Shown here: positions 27,664 to 38,320 of the stretch, piece after piece
Numbering within the stretch: position 1 is the first letter of the stretch
Layout: each line of letters begins with the position of its first letter
Origin: Desulfatiglandales bacterium
GTDB taxonomy: Bacteria > Desulfobacterota > DSM-4660 > Desulfatiglandales > HGW-15
Direction of reading: 5' to 3'
Length of the DNA: 64,000 nt
NCBI GenBank assembly: GCA_963667015.2
Contig: CAXXJJ010000004.1
Location: 1-64,000 of the forward strand
Notes under the pieces: generated by a model
What the model was told of the DNA's origin: nothing
The model's database searches: none
Seen by the model: only the letters and a program-made list of their open reading frames with translations
Made by a program: the position numbers and the translations under genes

Positions 27664-29055
27664 ATGCAAGAGATAAATGAAAGAGATACTAAGAATGGTA
27701 TGGATCGAAGAAACTTCCTGAAACTGGCAGGCGTTGCCGCAGCCGCAAGTGCTGTAAATTTCACTGCCTCATGTCAGTCAACCACAAAGAAGGTTCCCGT
27801 TATAGATCAGGGACTGGCAGAGGAAGCTTTCTGGAAGAATGTTCAGGGGCAGTTTATTCTTGATCCTGAACAGGTATATATGAATATCGGGACAACAGGG
27901 GCAATGCCCCTGAGGGTGCTCGATAATTATGATAAAAACAACCGGATAGTTGCACGTTATCCCATGGGATTTACTGATGAACTGGGCTGGGAATTCGGGT
28001 TTCCGAAACAGAGAGAAAAGCTGGGCGAACAGTTCGGCTGTTCCAGTGATGAAATTATCATTTCCCGCAATACCACAGACGGCCTGAACACCATCCTTTT
28101 CGGTCTTCCATTTGAAAAGGGTGATGAGATTCTATTGACTCATCATGAACATGTATCCGCAATGGCACCGCTCAACATCCTTCAGGATCGCCTTGGTGTT
28201 GTTTTGACCGAGGTGGAAATTCCGGTCCTTGACCTTGAACACCCGGACCAGATTGTCGATGCGTTCAGGAAACAGATCTCAGGCAGAACAAAGGTAATAC
28301 TCTTTTCCCATATCCCATATAAATCCGGTGTACGTCTGCCTGCAAAGGCTCTGTGCAGGTTAGCACAGGAACACGGGCTGATATCCATTGTCGATGGGGC
28401 CCATTGTGCAGGAATGATAAAACTGGATTTTAATGATATGGGATGTGATTTCTATGCGGCATCAGGCCATAAGTGGCAGTGCGGGCCGGGCGCAACAGGG
28501 ATACTGTATCTTCGTAACCATGGTGAGAATCTACCGACTCTCTGGCCCCAGAACAGTTGTTTGTATCAGTATGTTTCACAGCCTGTGAACAATGACCGTT
28601 CTCAGATAAAAGATTTCTCCAGCATGTTCGGGCTGAGAGGTCAGGAAAATTATCCGGCACTTCAGGGATTGCTGGATTCATGTGACCTCTGGGAAGAGAT
28701 AGGCCGGGATCGTATTGAGACATATGTATGCAGACTTGGTTCTTACCTTAAGAAGAAAATAAAAGAGAAATTTGGAGATTCAGCAGTATTATTCTCTCCT
28801 GATATCCCTGAGTTTTCATCCGGTCTTACGGCCTTTAATCCGTTCAGGGATATGAGTGATCAGAAAAAGATAGAAGATTTTGTGGATCGTCTTAAAAAGG
28901 AGATGGGGTATGTGATCAGATCTACCGAATTCCATCTGCATAAGGGTGATCAAAAAAACACCTATGCATTGCGGGTTTCCACCCATCTTTTTCATGACAA
29001 AAATCATGTAGAAGGTGTAGTTGATGCAATGTACAGGTTGTGGAAGACAATGTAA
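27664..29055 (+). CDS. Tat-exported class V PLP enzyme (isopenicillin N epimerase / C-S lyase-like)
   Basis: AGGAGG RBS, MDRRNFLK...FTAS|C, YMNIGTTG, SRNTTDG, DGAH, SGHKW (PLP Lys), RVSTH. Confidence 0.85.
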   Translation: MQEINERDTKNGMDRRNFLKLAGVAAAASAVNFTASCQSTTKKVPVIDQGLAEEAFWKNVQGQFILDPEQVYMNIGTTGAMPLRVLDNYDKNNRIVARYPMGFTDELGWEFGFPKQREKLGEQFGCSSDEIIISRNTTDGLNTILFGLPFEKGDEILLTHHEHVSAMAPLNILQDRLGVVLTEVEIPVLDLEHPDQIVDAFRKQISGRTKVILFSHIPYKSGVRLPAKALCRLAQEHGLISIVDGAHCAGMIKLDFNDMGCDFYAASGHKWQCGPGATGILYLRNHGENLPTLWPQNSCLYQYVSQPVNNDRSQIKDFSSMFGLRGQENYPALQGLLDSCDLWEEIGRDRIETYVCRLGSYLKKKIKEKFGDSAVLFSPDIPEFSSGLTAFNPFRDMSDQKKIEDFVDRLKKEMGYVIRSTEFHLHKGDQKNTYALRVSTHLFHDKNHVEGVVDAMYRLWKTM

Positions 29056-29207
29056 ATAAACTGATAGGAAACTGTTTTGTCACTGATATCCGACCTCTGG
29101 CTTTTTCCTATTCAAACTTTTTATCCTATGGGCGTCCCATTCGCACATGGTTTGAACCCGACAGGGAGAAAAGAAAAATATGTCCATATAACCAGGCAGG
29201 GACCAGT

Positions 29208-31259
29208 ATGCTTAGAGCATTTATTAATGCCTTTAAAAAAGCTATCAATCTTGAAATGGAAGCCATGCAGCAGCGCATGGGTTCATTTCTGGTAAAGCTT
29301 GCCTATGAAAAGCAGTTACGTATAGAAAGTGACGCGAGCGAATATATTTATGTCTACAGGATTATTCACCATAATGACAAGCTTTCAACAGGAATGCAGT
29401 GCAGCCTGCGTATTTTAAAAAAAGAATATCCTGTAGAGATTATTGAGTTGAAAGATAATAGCGTTGTTCTTTCATGCAGTAATAAGATCATTTCTCCTGA
29501 TGGCGATCCTTCGGTACTGGTAATATATCCCTGGTTTATATATGAAAAACTTATATATTCTCTTGATCTGCTGACAAATGAAAATCCCGGACTTCCCCTC
29601 GCATTTAAAACATTCGGGAAAATATCTTCACAAATTTCTGATGATCCGGAGTTTGATTTTAAAAACGGGCTTAATTTAAGTCAAAACGAAGCTGTCTCTA
29701 AGACACTCGGAAGTGAATTATCATTTATCTGGGGGCCTCCGGGTACGGGGAAGACATACACCCTTACTCATCTTTTATATGAACTGATAAAAAGAAACAA
29801 AAGGGTACTTGTTGTGTCGACAACCAACAATGCTGTTGACACAGTAATAAGTCAGCTTGAAGGGCTGGAAGAAATTCTTCCTATGTTTATGGATGGATAT
29901 ATATTGAGGATTGGCAGAAATCATCCGGACTGCAAATTCACTAGTTTTCAATACATAATTCAAAAGATAAACGAAATTAATCTCAAGGAACTGGAGGGTA
30001 TCAATAATAATCTGCAAAACAGTGATTTCCTTCTGAATGATATAAATGAATATATTTCCTATATTGATAAGTTAACCGGGACAGAATATCAGTTAAGCCT
30101 GTTCGGATCTTCAAAAAATACTCAAAGGATTGCCAAAAAAAAACTGGCTGCCATGCATAAGGTCGATCCGGAATTCTATGATATGAAGCTGCCTCATCAG
30201 AAGGAAAGACTTCTTCAATTGAATGCTCAGCTGGATAGAGAGAAAAAAGAGTTAATGAACCGGAAAGCAAAGGTAGAAGCCTTAATAAATACAAACCCGC
30301 GAACGGCTGTTAAACATGCAAAGATTATCTTTTCTACAATGGCGTCTCTTTACACAGGAGACATTTTAAAAAATGAGGTCTTTGACTGTATAATTGTTGA
30401 AGAGGCAGGAATGGCAGTGCTTCCTTCTCTTTTCTACAGTACAACAATGGCAAGAGAAAAATCGGTTATTGTTGGTGACCCGATGCAGCTTCCACCGGTG
30501 GTTCAGTCAAACAATCCATTTGTTAAAAAGGCAATGGGTAGGAGTATTTATCAGGTAGCACTTGATGAGGCTTTTTCGTCTCCTTCGGTGCATCTCCTGG
30601 ATACACAGTATAGAATGCATCCGGATATAGGTGATCTTATCAGTGACCTCTTTTATAATGGAAAGCTGAAAAACGGTGTAGAAGGGAGTGACAGGTTTTC
30701 TATTTTTTCATCCGGCCCTGAACCCGGAAAATCGTTAATTATTTTTGATTTAAAGGGTGAGTCTTTTTGTAAACGTCATGGAGGTTCATATTCTAGAGTA
30801 AATGAGAAGAGTGCAGAAGCCGTGATTAAATGTGTAAAGCAGGTTACCGGTGATCTGGGCATCGGCATTATTACACCATATACCGAACAATCAAAATACA
30901 TAAATGATCTCCTTAAGGAAGAACAGCCTAACCATAGAATCCCAATCAAATGCAGTACAGTTCATAAATTTCAGGGAAATGAATGTGATGTTATAATAAT
31001 TGACCTTACAGACGCAGAGCCTCTGGAACCTGGCATACTCGTGAAAGGTTCTGACTCCAAAAACCTGTTGAATGTTGCAGTTTCAAGAAGCAGGGGAAAA
31101 GTAATACTGATAGGAGAAATTGAATATTTCAGAAAGAGGGCTAAAGGATCACCTGTAGTGTCACTTATTGAGAGGATGTCTGAGTCGGTTGAATCGGAGG
31201 CGGACCAGGCTAATTATTTGGAATCAATTATCTTACCTTTTAGAAAAATTCAAATTTAA
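29208..31259 (+). CDS. Superfamily 1 DNA2/NAM7 (Upf1-like) helicase
   Basis: GPPGTGKT, EEAG, VGDPMQLPP, QYRMHP, ITPY, TVHKFQGNE, NVAVSRSR. Start moved to the ATG at 29208. Confidence 0.88.
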   Translation: MLRAFINAFKKAINLEMEAMQQRMGSFLVKLAYEKQLRIESDASEYIYVYRIIHHNDKLSTGMQCSLRILKKEYPVEIIELKDNSVVLSCSNKIISPDGDPSVLVIYPWFIYEKLIYSLDLLTNENPGLPLAFKTFGKISSQISDDPEFDFKNGLNLSQNEAVSKTLGSELSFIWGPPGTGKTYTLTHLLYELIKRNKRVLVVSTTNNAVDTVISQLEGLEEILPMFMDGYILRIGRNHPDCKFTSFQYIIQKINEINLKELEGINNNLQNSDFLLNDINEYISYIDKLTGTEYQLSLFGSSKNTQRIAKKKLAAMHKVDPEFYDMKLPHQKERLLQLNAQLDREKKELMNRKAKVEALINTNPRTAVKHAKIIFSTMASLYTGDILKNEVFDCIIVEEAGMAVLPSLFYSTTMAREKSVIVGDPMQLPPVVQSNNPFVKKAMGRSIYQVALDEAFSSPSVHLLDTQYRMHPDIGDLISDLFYNGKLKNGVEGSDRFSIFSSGPEPGKSLIIFDLKGESFCKRHGGSYSRVNEKSAEAVIKCVKQVTGDLGIGIITPYTEQSKYINDLLKEEQPNHRIPIKCSTVHKFQGNECDVIIIDLTDAEPLEPGILVKGSDSKNLLNVAVSRSRGKVILIGEIEYFRKRAKGSPVVSLIERMSESVESEADQANYLESIILPFRKIQI

Positions 31260-31276
31260 GGCTTATGGAAAAAACA

Positions 31277-31338
31277 ATGTCAGGTCCGGACAATTGACTG
31301 TCATTGTCGATTATGTCCAATGTACGGACCTGACCCCT
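31277..31338. repeat. REP-like inverted repeat
   Basis: GTCAGGTCCG...CGGACCTGAC. Confidence 0.5.
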
Positions 31339-31417
31339 GTATTTTTCAAAAAATACATTAATGAGACTTCCTTAAAATTCCGATGCATTATTCAATGCTC
31401 AAATAAAAAAGGAGAAA

Positions 31418-31888
31418 ATGATGTCAGAACAAGATGAATTTGTTTTTAATCCTGAAAGTCAATCAAGTTCAATTAACTTCACAGACCCAATGCTGCTTTC
31501 ACTCAGGCAGACAAAACCATGGACCATGCTTATATCAATTGTCGGATTTGTATATTGCGGCTTTATGGTAATCCTTGGTGTTGGATCAACTTTTATGCTC
31601 TCAATGTTAGGTCCGAATAAATCTTTTCCATCCGGAATTCTACTGGGTGCAGTTTATATTATAATGGCGGTTGTATATTTCTTTCCTGCATTTTTTCTTT
31701 TCAAGTTTTCTTCTTCTCTCGGCCGCCTGGTAGAGGGCGGAGGAGCCACTGAACTGGAGCAGGCATTATTAAATCAAAAATCCTTTTGGAAATTTATGGG
31801 AATTTTGGTTATTGTTGGAATTGCCTTATCTATAATTGCAATTATTGCGGCAATTGCTGTCCCGCTGTTTATCTCAGCAGCACGGTGA
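31418..31888 (+). CDS. DUF5362-like membrane protein
   Basis: LRQTKPW..SIVGF, YFFPAFFLFKFS, QKSFWKFMGI. Confidence 0.7.
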   Translation: MMSEQDEFVFNPESQSSSINFTDPMLLSLRQTKPWTMLISIVGFVYCGFMVILGVGSTFMLSMLGPNKSFPSGILLGAVYIIMAVVYFFPAFFLFKFSSSLGRLVEGGGATELEQALLNQKSFWKFMGILVIVGIALSIIAIIAAIAVPLFISAAR

Positions 31889-32074
31889 TTTATCTCCTGC
31901 CTGAAAGAGAATTTAACAGGGGTATAGAGAAAAATTGGGGTTGCTGGACAAGAAGACTTGCTCTATTATTCTTTTTTTCCTAGAATCTTTGATAACTCAA
32001 AGATTTGATTTGGTAATAATTGATGCCTTTTTTGCTTTACATCATAAACAGGGCAAAACATCAGGAGAACCATC

Positions 32075-33079
32075 ATGCTGACCCCAAAACAAAACCTGCT
32101 GGAAACATTAAAACAAAACGGTAAACCTGACAGACTTGTCAATCAGTACGAGCCGTTCACCCTGATCATGAATGATCCTGTGTACAGGTTTGTGCGCGGA
32201 AACAGGATCCGCGGCAAGACTACAAAAGATGTCTGGGGCACCGAGATCGCCTGGCCTGAAGACCAGCATGCCGCCATGCCGCATGTAACCACAGAAAACA
32301 AGGTGCTTAAAGATATTACGAAATGCCGGGATTTGAAGGTTCCCGACCTTGCTGCAGCGGCAAAGGAACCGGCCGCGTGGGAAGAAGCTCTCGGTGAAGC
32401 TGCTACTGTCAACCGCGACGAAAAACTTGTCATGGGATTTATGGGGACAGGCGTTTTTGAGCAGCTGCATTTTCTAATGGGCTTTGAAGACACTCTGATG
32501 AATATGCTGGCAGAGCCTGAGGCGATGATGGATCTGCTCGATATCGTAGGCGAGTATCGTTTTACTTATATGAAGCTGCTTGTGGACAACCTGAAACCTG
32601 ATATCATTCTCTCCCACGATGACTGGGGGACTAAAAACAGTATGTTCATGAGCCCTGATACCTGGCGTGAAATGATCAAACCGCAGTACATTAAAATATA
32701 CGGCTATGCAAAAGAACATGGTGTTCTAGTCATGCACCACGCCGATTCTTTTATGGAGCCTATAGTTGATGATATGGTGGAACTTGGCATCGATATCTGG
32801 CAGGGAGTTTTGCCTCAAAACGATATTGTTAAGCTTCAGGAGCAGCTTCAGGGCAGGATGGTTCTTATGGGCGGCATAGACGCAGCGATCGTAGACCGCA
32901 AAGAAACACCTGAGGACATGATCCGGGCAGAGGTAAGACGCGCCTGCACAACATATGGCCCCGGCGGCGGTTTTATCCCCTGTATGACCTATGGCGGCCC
33001 GGGCAGTATCTTCCCCAACGTCAACGAGATAGTCTGCGACGAAATTGACAGGTACAACCAGGAGGTATATGGCAGTTAG
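32075..33079 (+). CDS. Uroporphyrinogen decarboxylase-family protein (MtaA/CmuA-like methyltransferase fold)
   Basis: DVWGT, LMGFEDTL, HDDWG..MFMSPDTWRE, HHAD, MGGID, GGGFI. Confidence 0.8.
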   Translation: MLTPKQNLLETLKQNGKPDRLVNQYEPFTLIMNDPVYRFVRGNRIRGKTTKDVWGTEIAWPEDQHAAMPHVTTENKVLKDITKCRDLKVPDLAAAAKEPAAWEEALGEAATVNRDEKLVMGFMGTGVFEQLHFLMGFEDTLMNMLAEPEAMMDLLDIVGEYRFTYMKLLVDNLKPDIILSHDDWGTKNSMFMSPDTWREMIKPQYIKIYGYAKEHGVLVMHHADSFMEPIVDDMVELGIDIWQGVLPQNDIVKLQEQLQGRMVLMGGIDAAIVDRKETPEDMIRAEVRRACTTYGPGGGFIPCMTYGGPGSIFPNVNEIVCDEIDRYNQEVYGS

Positions 33080-33184
33080 GGAAGTTTGACGAAAACCAAT
33101 TATACACCGCAAAAGGTATGCAGGTCGTAGCCGTCATAATCCATCTTTTTAACGAATTTGTTCAAACAGAAATTAAAAAATATT

Positions 33185-33610
33185 ATGAAAAAGCATTGTG
33201 AAAATTGCGGGTCCAGCGTTGAGCATTTCAATTTAGATTATGAAACAGGGTTTATACGTTGTTTTTACTGTAACAATATTTTGCCTGCAGAAATGTTTTT
33301 TAACGACATAACCATAAATAAATTCGTAAAAAAAATCCCGGAATTAAGAAGAGATGAATTTCTGGAAAAACTGGGGTTTGAGAAGAAACCGATAAGTAAA
33401 CGTACCATCATTATTGGTTTTTTTGCAGCACTGATTCCTTTAGCCGTCTCACTGCATAAGATCTTTAAAAAAAGGGAAAATCCGGCAGACCTTTTCTTTG
33501 CAGCACTGCCGTTATTGATAGTGCTGATTCCGGCTGTCAAGATCCTTTTGGATGGAACAGACCAAAAATATGTTAAAAAAGATAAAGGTATTATAAGCGA
33601 TTCCCGGTAA
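33185..33610 (+). CDS. Hypothetical membrane protein with an N-terminal Zn ribbon
   Basis: CENC..CFYC followed by two TM helices. Confidence 0.55.
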   Translation: MKKHCENCGSSVEHFNLDYETGFIRCFYCNNILPAEMFFNDITINKFVKKIPELRRDEFLEKLGFEKKPISKRTIIIGFFAALIPLAVSLHKIFKKRENPADLFFAALPLLIVLIPAVKILLDGTDQKYVKKDKGIISDSR

Positions 33611-33898
33611 TGTTAAATATCAGCCTGTTTCTTTGTAAAAAAGGGGAGAGCCGCCTTTAAAATAATGAGAGCAAATGGAAAAACTGCATCGTTTTATATT
33701 GAATATGTGGCAAGCTATGCTAAATTTGGCATCGATATTTATAACATGATCTTACTTTAATATTTTTATCTAAATCAATTTAAATCTAACCTTATTTTAA
33801 TTATAATAATGTTGAATCTCCATTGCTGAATAAAAAAGATATTAAAAGTTTTGCCAAAAGATTAATTCAGTCTTTTTTTATCTATAAGGAGATGCATC

Positions 33899-34150
33899 AT
33901 GGATATGACAATTCTGTTTTATTTTTTAATCGGCGCAGCGATAGTTTTTGCATTTGCAGTCAATTATTTTAACCAGCCGGGTTATAAGTCTGCAGACGAT
34001 CAGACAGATATTAAAGTATCCGATAGTGAAGGGCGTTCGGCCATAGGGAATATCATAAGGGTCAGAAGGAATTATCTTCACATTCATTTTCCCGATAAGA
34101 AGGCGTGGGGCCTGGTGCAGAATAATCTCGAAATTCCCGCCTATGCCTGA
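33899..34150 (+). CDS. Short membrane protein, possibly truncated
   Basis: AAGGAG RBS, N-terminal TM helix. Confidence 0.4.
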   Translation: MDMTILFYFLIGAAIVFAFAVNYFNQPGYKSADDQTDIKVSDSEGRSAIGNIIRVRRNYLHIHFPDKKAWGLVQNNLEIPAYA

Positions 34151-34448
34151 TAAAAATTTAGTGTCGCATTTTATTTTCAAAAAGGAGTTTGCAGCTATTC
34201 CTGTATGCCCTTTATATGAATAGGAAACTCATTAGTGCATCCTTTTTATTATGGATGGGCACTATAAATCAAAGCAATGGGATAGTGTCTTGAATCTTGA
34301 ATATAGCGGAAATAAAAATATTGTTGACCATGTTGATAAACATTGTCTACACTCCTCAAACAACATTCCAAATTCCAATAAAAATATGGCTGAGACTTGC
34401 TGCACAACTTTGCAGCTGAAATAATTTGATTGTAAGGGGTAAATCGGG

Positions 34449-34667
34449 ATGCTTAAACACTGCAAAACTATTGATCACCAATGGTATGTTTTTGATAAAA
34501 CAACCGAGGATAGATGCTTACTGCTGGAGTGTCATAAATGCAGAGCATATGGCATTGTTACGGATCCAAATAAACAGGAATGGAGAGATGCTGACAATGC
34601 ATCGTTAAATCCATATTTGTGGGAGGAGGGTAATTCAAGAGTTGTGATATGGCCGCCCGGTAATTAA
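34449..34667 (+). CDS. Small hypothetical protein with a putative metal-binding motif
   Basis: C..DHQW...ECHKC...P..QEW..A...PY.W. Confidence 0.5.
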   Translation: MLKHCKTIDHQWYVFDKTTEDRCLLLECHKCRAYGIVTDPNKQEWRDADNASLNPYLWEEGNSRVVIWPPGN

Positions 34668-34707
34668 AAAAATACGCAAGGCCGAAGAGGGATTCCCGGC
34701 CTTGCGT
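34666..34707 (-). terminator. Rho-independent terminator
   Basis: ACGCAAGGCCG / CGGCCTTGCGT stem followed by a T7 run on the minus strand. Confidence 0.75.
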
Positions 34708-34745
34708 GGTTAAACTGACTTGATCTGTTAGATCCAAGCTTTGGT
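34666..34745 (-). ncRNA. Candidate ~80-nt small RNA
   Basis: Lies between a minus-strand TTGACA-N17-TACTCT promoter and an 11-bp hairpin plus U7 terminator; no ORF. Confidence 0.5.
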
Positions 34746-34751
34746 AGGTGA

Positions 34752-34780
34752 AGAGTAACCTACAAGTGTAATTTTGTCAA
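34752..34780 (-). promoter_or_regulatory. Sigma70 promoter
   Basis: TTGACA (34780-34775), 17 bp, TACTCT (34757-34752). Confidence 0.6.
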
Positions 34781-35039
34781 CATTGATTTATTGAGAAATT
34801 GTAAAAAAATGTAAAAAATAGCCAAATAAATCATAAATTAAATGAAATTAGCCGTAGAATACAAAAAAAGCTTATTAAATCAGGCATTTAATATCAAAGA
34901 TATATATCATATTTATTTAATTTGAAGGTCTGCTATACTAAGAAATCGGCATCATAAATAATAGAAGTCCTGGTGGAATTATTAAGACTCAGAAGCGCTT
35001 TTGCATACTTGTGGTTCCAGTTATTATTGAGAGGAAATT

Positions 35040-36857
35040 ATGCCCAAAAATGTTGATGTGATGAAATGTATTCGTGAAGAACAACTCACCCGGTTAATAC
35101 AAAGCCTTGTTTTCCTTGGCGCTGCCCTGCTTGTTGCATCATTTTTAAGGATATTTATCGTGGGCAGGTATGACCTGATGTACCTTCATATATTGTCATA
35201 TCTTGCAATTGCCGGAATAGCTGTTTTCAGGAAATACATACCGCATAATTTAAAGACTGTTTTTTTAATCAGCATCGTATTTATTGTATCACTGGGCGGA
35301 TTATCCGTTTTTGGACTTGTCGGCCACGGGGTAGGCGGTCTTTTAATATTATGTGTTCTCAGTACCATATTTTTTGGCACAAGGGGTGGAATTGCAGCCG
35401 TTATTGTCAGCGCTGTCTCAATTTCGCTTATTGGAGCCGCGTTCGTTAACAGGTATATCACCTTTAAATTTAACGTTGTGGAATATCTAAGTTCACCAGG
35501 TGCCTGGGCTACCTGTGTTATTGGAATGATAATTCTTTCGGGACTCGTGGTTTCACTCATCTCAACAATAAACAACCAGCTGGTTAAGCTTGTACAGGAT
35601 CTTAATAAACAGAATGCAGAACTCAAAGAGGCAAACAAAAAGCTTGAGCATGCCATAGAGGAACAAAAGAGATTAAAAACCGGACTTGAACAGGCGCAGA
35701 AAATGGAACTTGTCGGAACGATTGCCGGCGGAGTAGTACATGATCTGAATAACGTTCTTGCAGCCTCAATAAACTATCCGGAGCTTCTTCTATTGAAGAT
35801 CCCGGAGGACAGCCCACTAAGAAAACCTCTTAATACTATAAAAAAATCAGGACTTAAGGCAGCTGCAATTGTCCAGGATCTTCTTACGCTTTCAAGAAGG
35901 AGGGTTGCCAACAGGCAGGTGCTTAATCTTAATGATATTGTTATGGAATGTATTGCGGGTCCGGAGGTTGAAAGAATACTTACGTTTCATCCCGGGACAA
36001 AAATCGAAATGGATCTTGAAGAATCCCTGCGTAATGTTGATGGTTATCCGTTACATCTTTCCAAAACACTGGCAAACCTTATTTCCAACGCAGCTGAGTC
36101 AATGTCTGAAGGTGGAAATATAAAATTAAAAACCTCAAATATTAGAATAACCGAAGAAAACAATATTCATAAAGAACTGGCCACAGGTGAATACACTCTA
36201 TTGACAGTGACTGACAATGGAGAAGGAATCAGGGAAGAGGATCAGGATAAAATATTTGAGCCTTTTTATACAAAGAAAGAGATGGGAAGGAGCGGAACCG
36301 GTCTGGGGATGACAGTGGTCTGGAATACCGTTAAAGATCATGACGGGTATATTTTTCTGGATAGTAAAAAGGGAATGGGGACAACTTTTTATCTGTATTT
36401 TCCAAAAACAGACAAGCCGCTGCCTGTTATAAATGAAAAATCGGAGATCTCCAGCCTTCCCGGTAAAGGAGAATCTATACTTATTGTTGATGATGTTAAA
36501 GAACAGAGAGAGATAGCATCATCCATACTGTCAACTCTTGGCTATAAGGTAAATACAAAAAGAAATGGCAAAGAGGCGCTTGAATTTTTAGAAAAACACC
36601 CCTCAGACCTGGTAATTATTGATATGGTTATGCCAAAGGAATTGGATGGACTTGATACCTACAAAAAAATTCTGGATATCAGACCTGATCAAAAGGCAAT
36701 AATAATAAGCGGCTTCTCAGAAACAGAACGCATAAAGGAAGCACTGGAGCTGGGTGCAGGAGCCTACCTGAAAAAGCCTTATCTGATGGAAACAATAGCC
36801 CATGCCGTAAGGGAGGAACTGGATAAAGGTTTATCAGAAAAGACTGCTTACAACTAA
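35040..36857 (+). CDS. Membrane-bound hybrid histidine kinase/response regulator
   Basis: About 6 TM helices, GGVVHDLNN, GTGLG, receiver domain; kinase part is paralogous to 23750..26929. Confidence 0.92.
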   Translation: MPKNVDVMKCIREEQLTRLIQSLVFLGAALLVASFLRIFIVGRYDLMYLHILSYLAIAGIAVFRKYIPHNLKTVFLISIVFIVSLGGLSVFGLVGHGVGGLLILCVLSTIFFGTRGGIAAVIVSAVSISLIGAAFVNRYITFKFNVVEYLSSPGAWATCVIGMIILSGLVVSLISTINNQLVKLVQDLNKQNAELKEANKKLEHAIEEQKRLKTGLEQAQKMELVGTIAGGVVHDLNNVLAASINYPELLLLKIPEDSPLRKPLNTIKKSGLKAAAIVQDLLTLSRRRVANRQVLNLNDIVMECIAGPEVERILTFHPGTKIEMDLEESLRNVDGYPLHLSKTLANLISNAAESMSEGGNIKLKTSNIRITEENNIHKELATGEYTLLTVTDNGEGIREEDQDKIFEPFYTKKEMGRSGTGLGMTVVWNTVKDHDGYIFLDSKKGMGTTFYLYFPKTDKPLPVINEKSEISSLPGKGESILIVDDVKEQREIASSILSTLGYKVNTKRNGKEALEFLEKHPSDLVIIDMVMPKELDGLDTYKKILDIRPDQKAIIISGFSETERIKEALELGAGAYLKKPYLMETIAHAVREELDKGLSEKTAYN

Positions 36858-36895
36858 TTTCCATCCTTTAAAACCTTTTTAAGAAAAGACAGCTT

Positions 36896-38152
36896 ATGGA
36901 ACCTTTAATTAAAAATGATGCCATTGTTTTAGGCGTGCTGATATGTGTTTTGGCCGTAATCTTTGTTACCTCTTCAAGCCCTAAACCATACCTGAAAAAA
37001 TTCTACACCTATGTTCCGCCGCTGTTACTTTGCTATTTTTCTCCTGGACTGCTTAACTGGCCCCTGGGACTTATTTCCGGTGAAGAATCAAAACTGTATT
37101 TTGTAGCCTCTCGATATTTACTGCCTGCCAGTCTTGTGCTTTTCTGCATCAGCATTGACCTGAAAGGGATATTAAACCTTGGCCCAAAGGCAGTAGTCAT
37201 GTTTTTTACTGCAACTGCCGGAATCATTATTGGTGGCCCGATTGCATTGTGGATATCGGGTATTTTCTTCCCTGAGATAACACACGCACCTCCGGGCAAT
37301 GAGATCTGGCGGGGATTATCCACCATAGCCGGAAGCTGGATTGGAGGCGGTGCCAACCAGACCGCCATGAAGGAAATTTATCAGTGCAAAGAAGGCCTGT
37401 TTTCGACCATGATTATTATTGATGTGGTTGTCGCCAATATCTGGATGGGATTTTTGCTTTACGGTGCGGGACGTTATCATGAAATAGATAAAAAATTGAA
37501 GGCCGACAATTCGGCCATTGAAGAACTGAAAAGACGAATAGAGAACTACCGGGCAAGCATCGCAAGGATTCCATCAACAACGGATCTATTTGTTATTCTT
37601 GCCATTGCCTTTGGCGCGACAGCCATAGCCCATTTAGGGGCGGATATTATCTCTCCATTCATGGAAAGTAAAATAGCGGTCCTGGAAAGGTACAACCTTA
37701 ACTCCCTGGCCTCTCACTTTTTCTGGCTTATTGTGGTTGCAACAACCATAGGGCTGGTCGTATCATTTACCAGCCTGAAAAGATACGAAGGGGCAGGCGC
37801 CTCCAAATTCGGAAGTGTTTTTATCTATATCCTGGTAGCCACCATTGGTATGAAAATGAACCTGCTCGAGGCATTTCAAAACATGCATTATTTTGTTATC
37901 GGGCTGATCTGGATGCTGGTTCATGTGAGTCTTTTACTATTTGTTGCAAAATTGATTAAAGCCCCCTTTTTCTTTGTTGCCGTGGGCAGCCAGGCAAATG
38001 TCGGAGGGGCGGCTTCCGCGCCCATTGTGGCTTCTGCATTCAGTACAGCCCTGGCGCCAGTTGGCGTATTGCTGGCAGTGCTTGGCTATGCTCTAGGGAC
38101 CTATGGGGCAATTATATGTGCACAATTGATGATGCTGGTATCCCCGAATTAA
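36896..38152 (+). CDS. DUF819 family membrane protein
   Basis: GSWIGGGANQ, SQANVGGAASAP, multiple TM helices. Confidence 0.85.
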   Translation: MEPLIKNDAIVLGVLICVLAVIFVTSSSPKPYLKKFYTYVPPLLLCYFSPGLLNWPLGLISGEESKLYFVASRYLLPASLVLFCISIDLKGILNLGPKAVVMFFTATAGIIIGGPIALWISGIFFPEITHAPPGNEIWRGLSTIAGSWIGGGANQTAMKEIYQCKEGLFSTMIIIDVVVANIWMGFLLYGAGRYHEIDKKLKADNSAIEELKRRIENYRASIARIPSTTDLFVILAIAFGATAIAHLGADIISPFMESKIAVLERYNLNSLASHFFWLIVVATTIGLVVSFTSLKRYEGAGASKFGSVFIYILVATIGMKMNLLEAFQNMHYFVIGLIWMLVHVSLLLFVAKLIKAPFFFVAVGSQANVGGAASAPIVASAFSTALAPVGVLLAVLGYALGTYGAIICAQLMMLVSPN

Positions 38153-38320
38153 AATAGCGAAGGACGGGAAAATTAAAATCAACCTCCGGTTTTTTGTTTA
38201 AATTTGATATGTTGGTTTTCATGTTGAAACCTTAAAAACATTATAAATATAACTGATACATATCTTATTCCTTCGGACAAAAGGGCTGGAAGAAAACTAT
38301 CCTGATTTGTGCATTGATAG

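Noticed and set aside
29040..29207. N-terminal extension of the helicase overlapping the PLP enzyme gene
   Set aside because: Probably an artefact of longest-ORF calling; the ATG at 29208 has a purine-rich upstream site.
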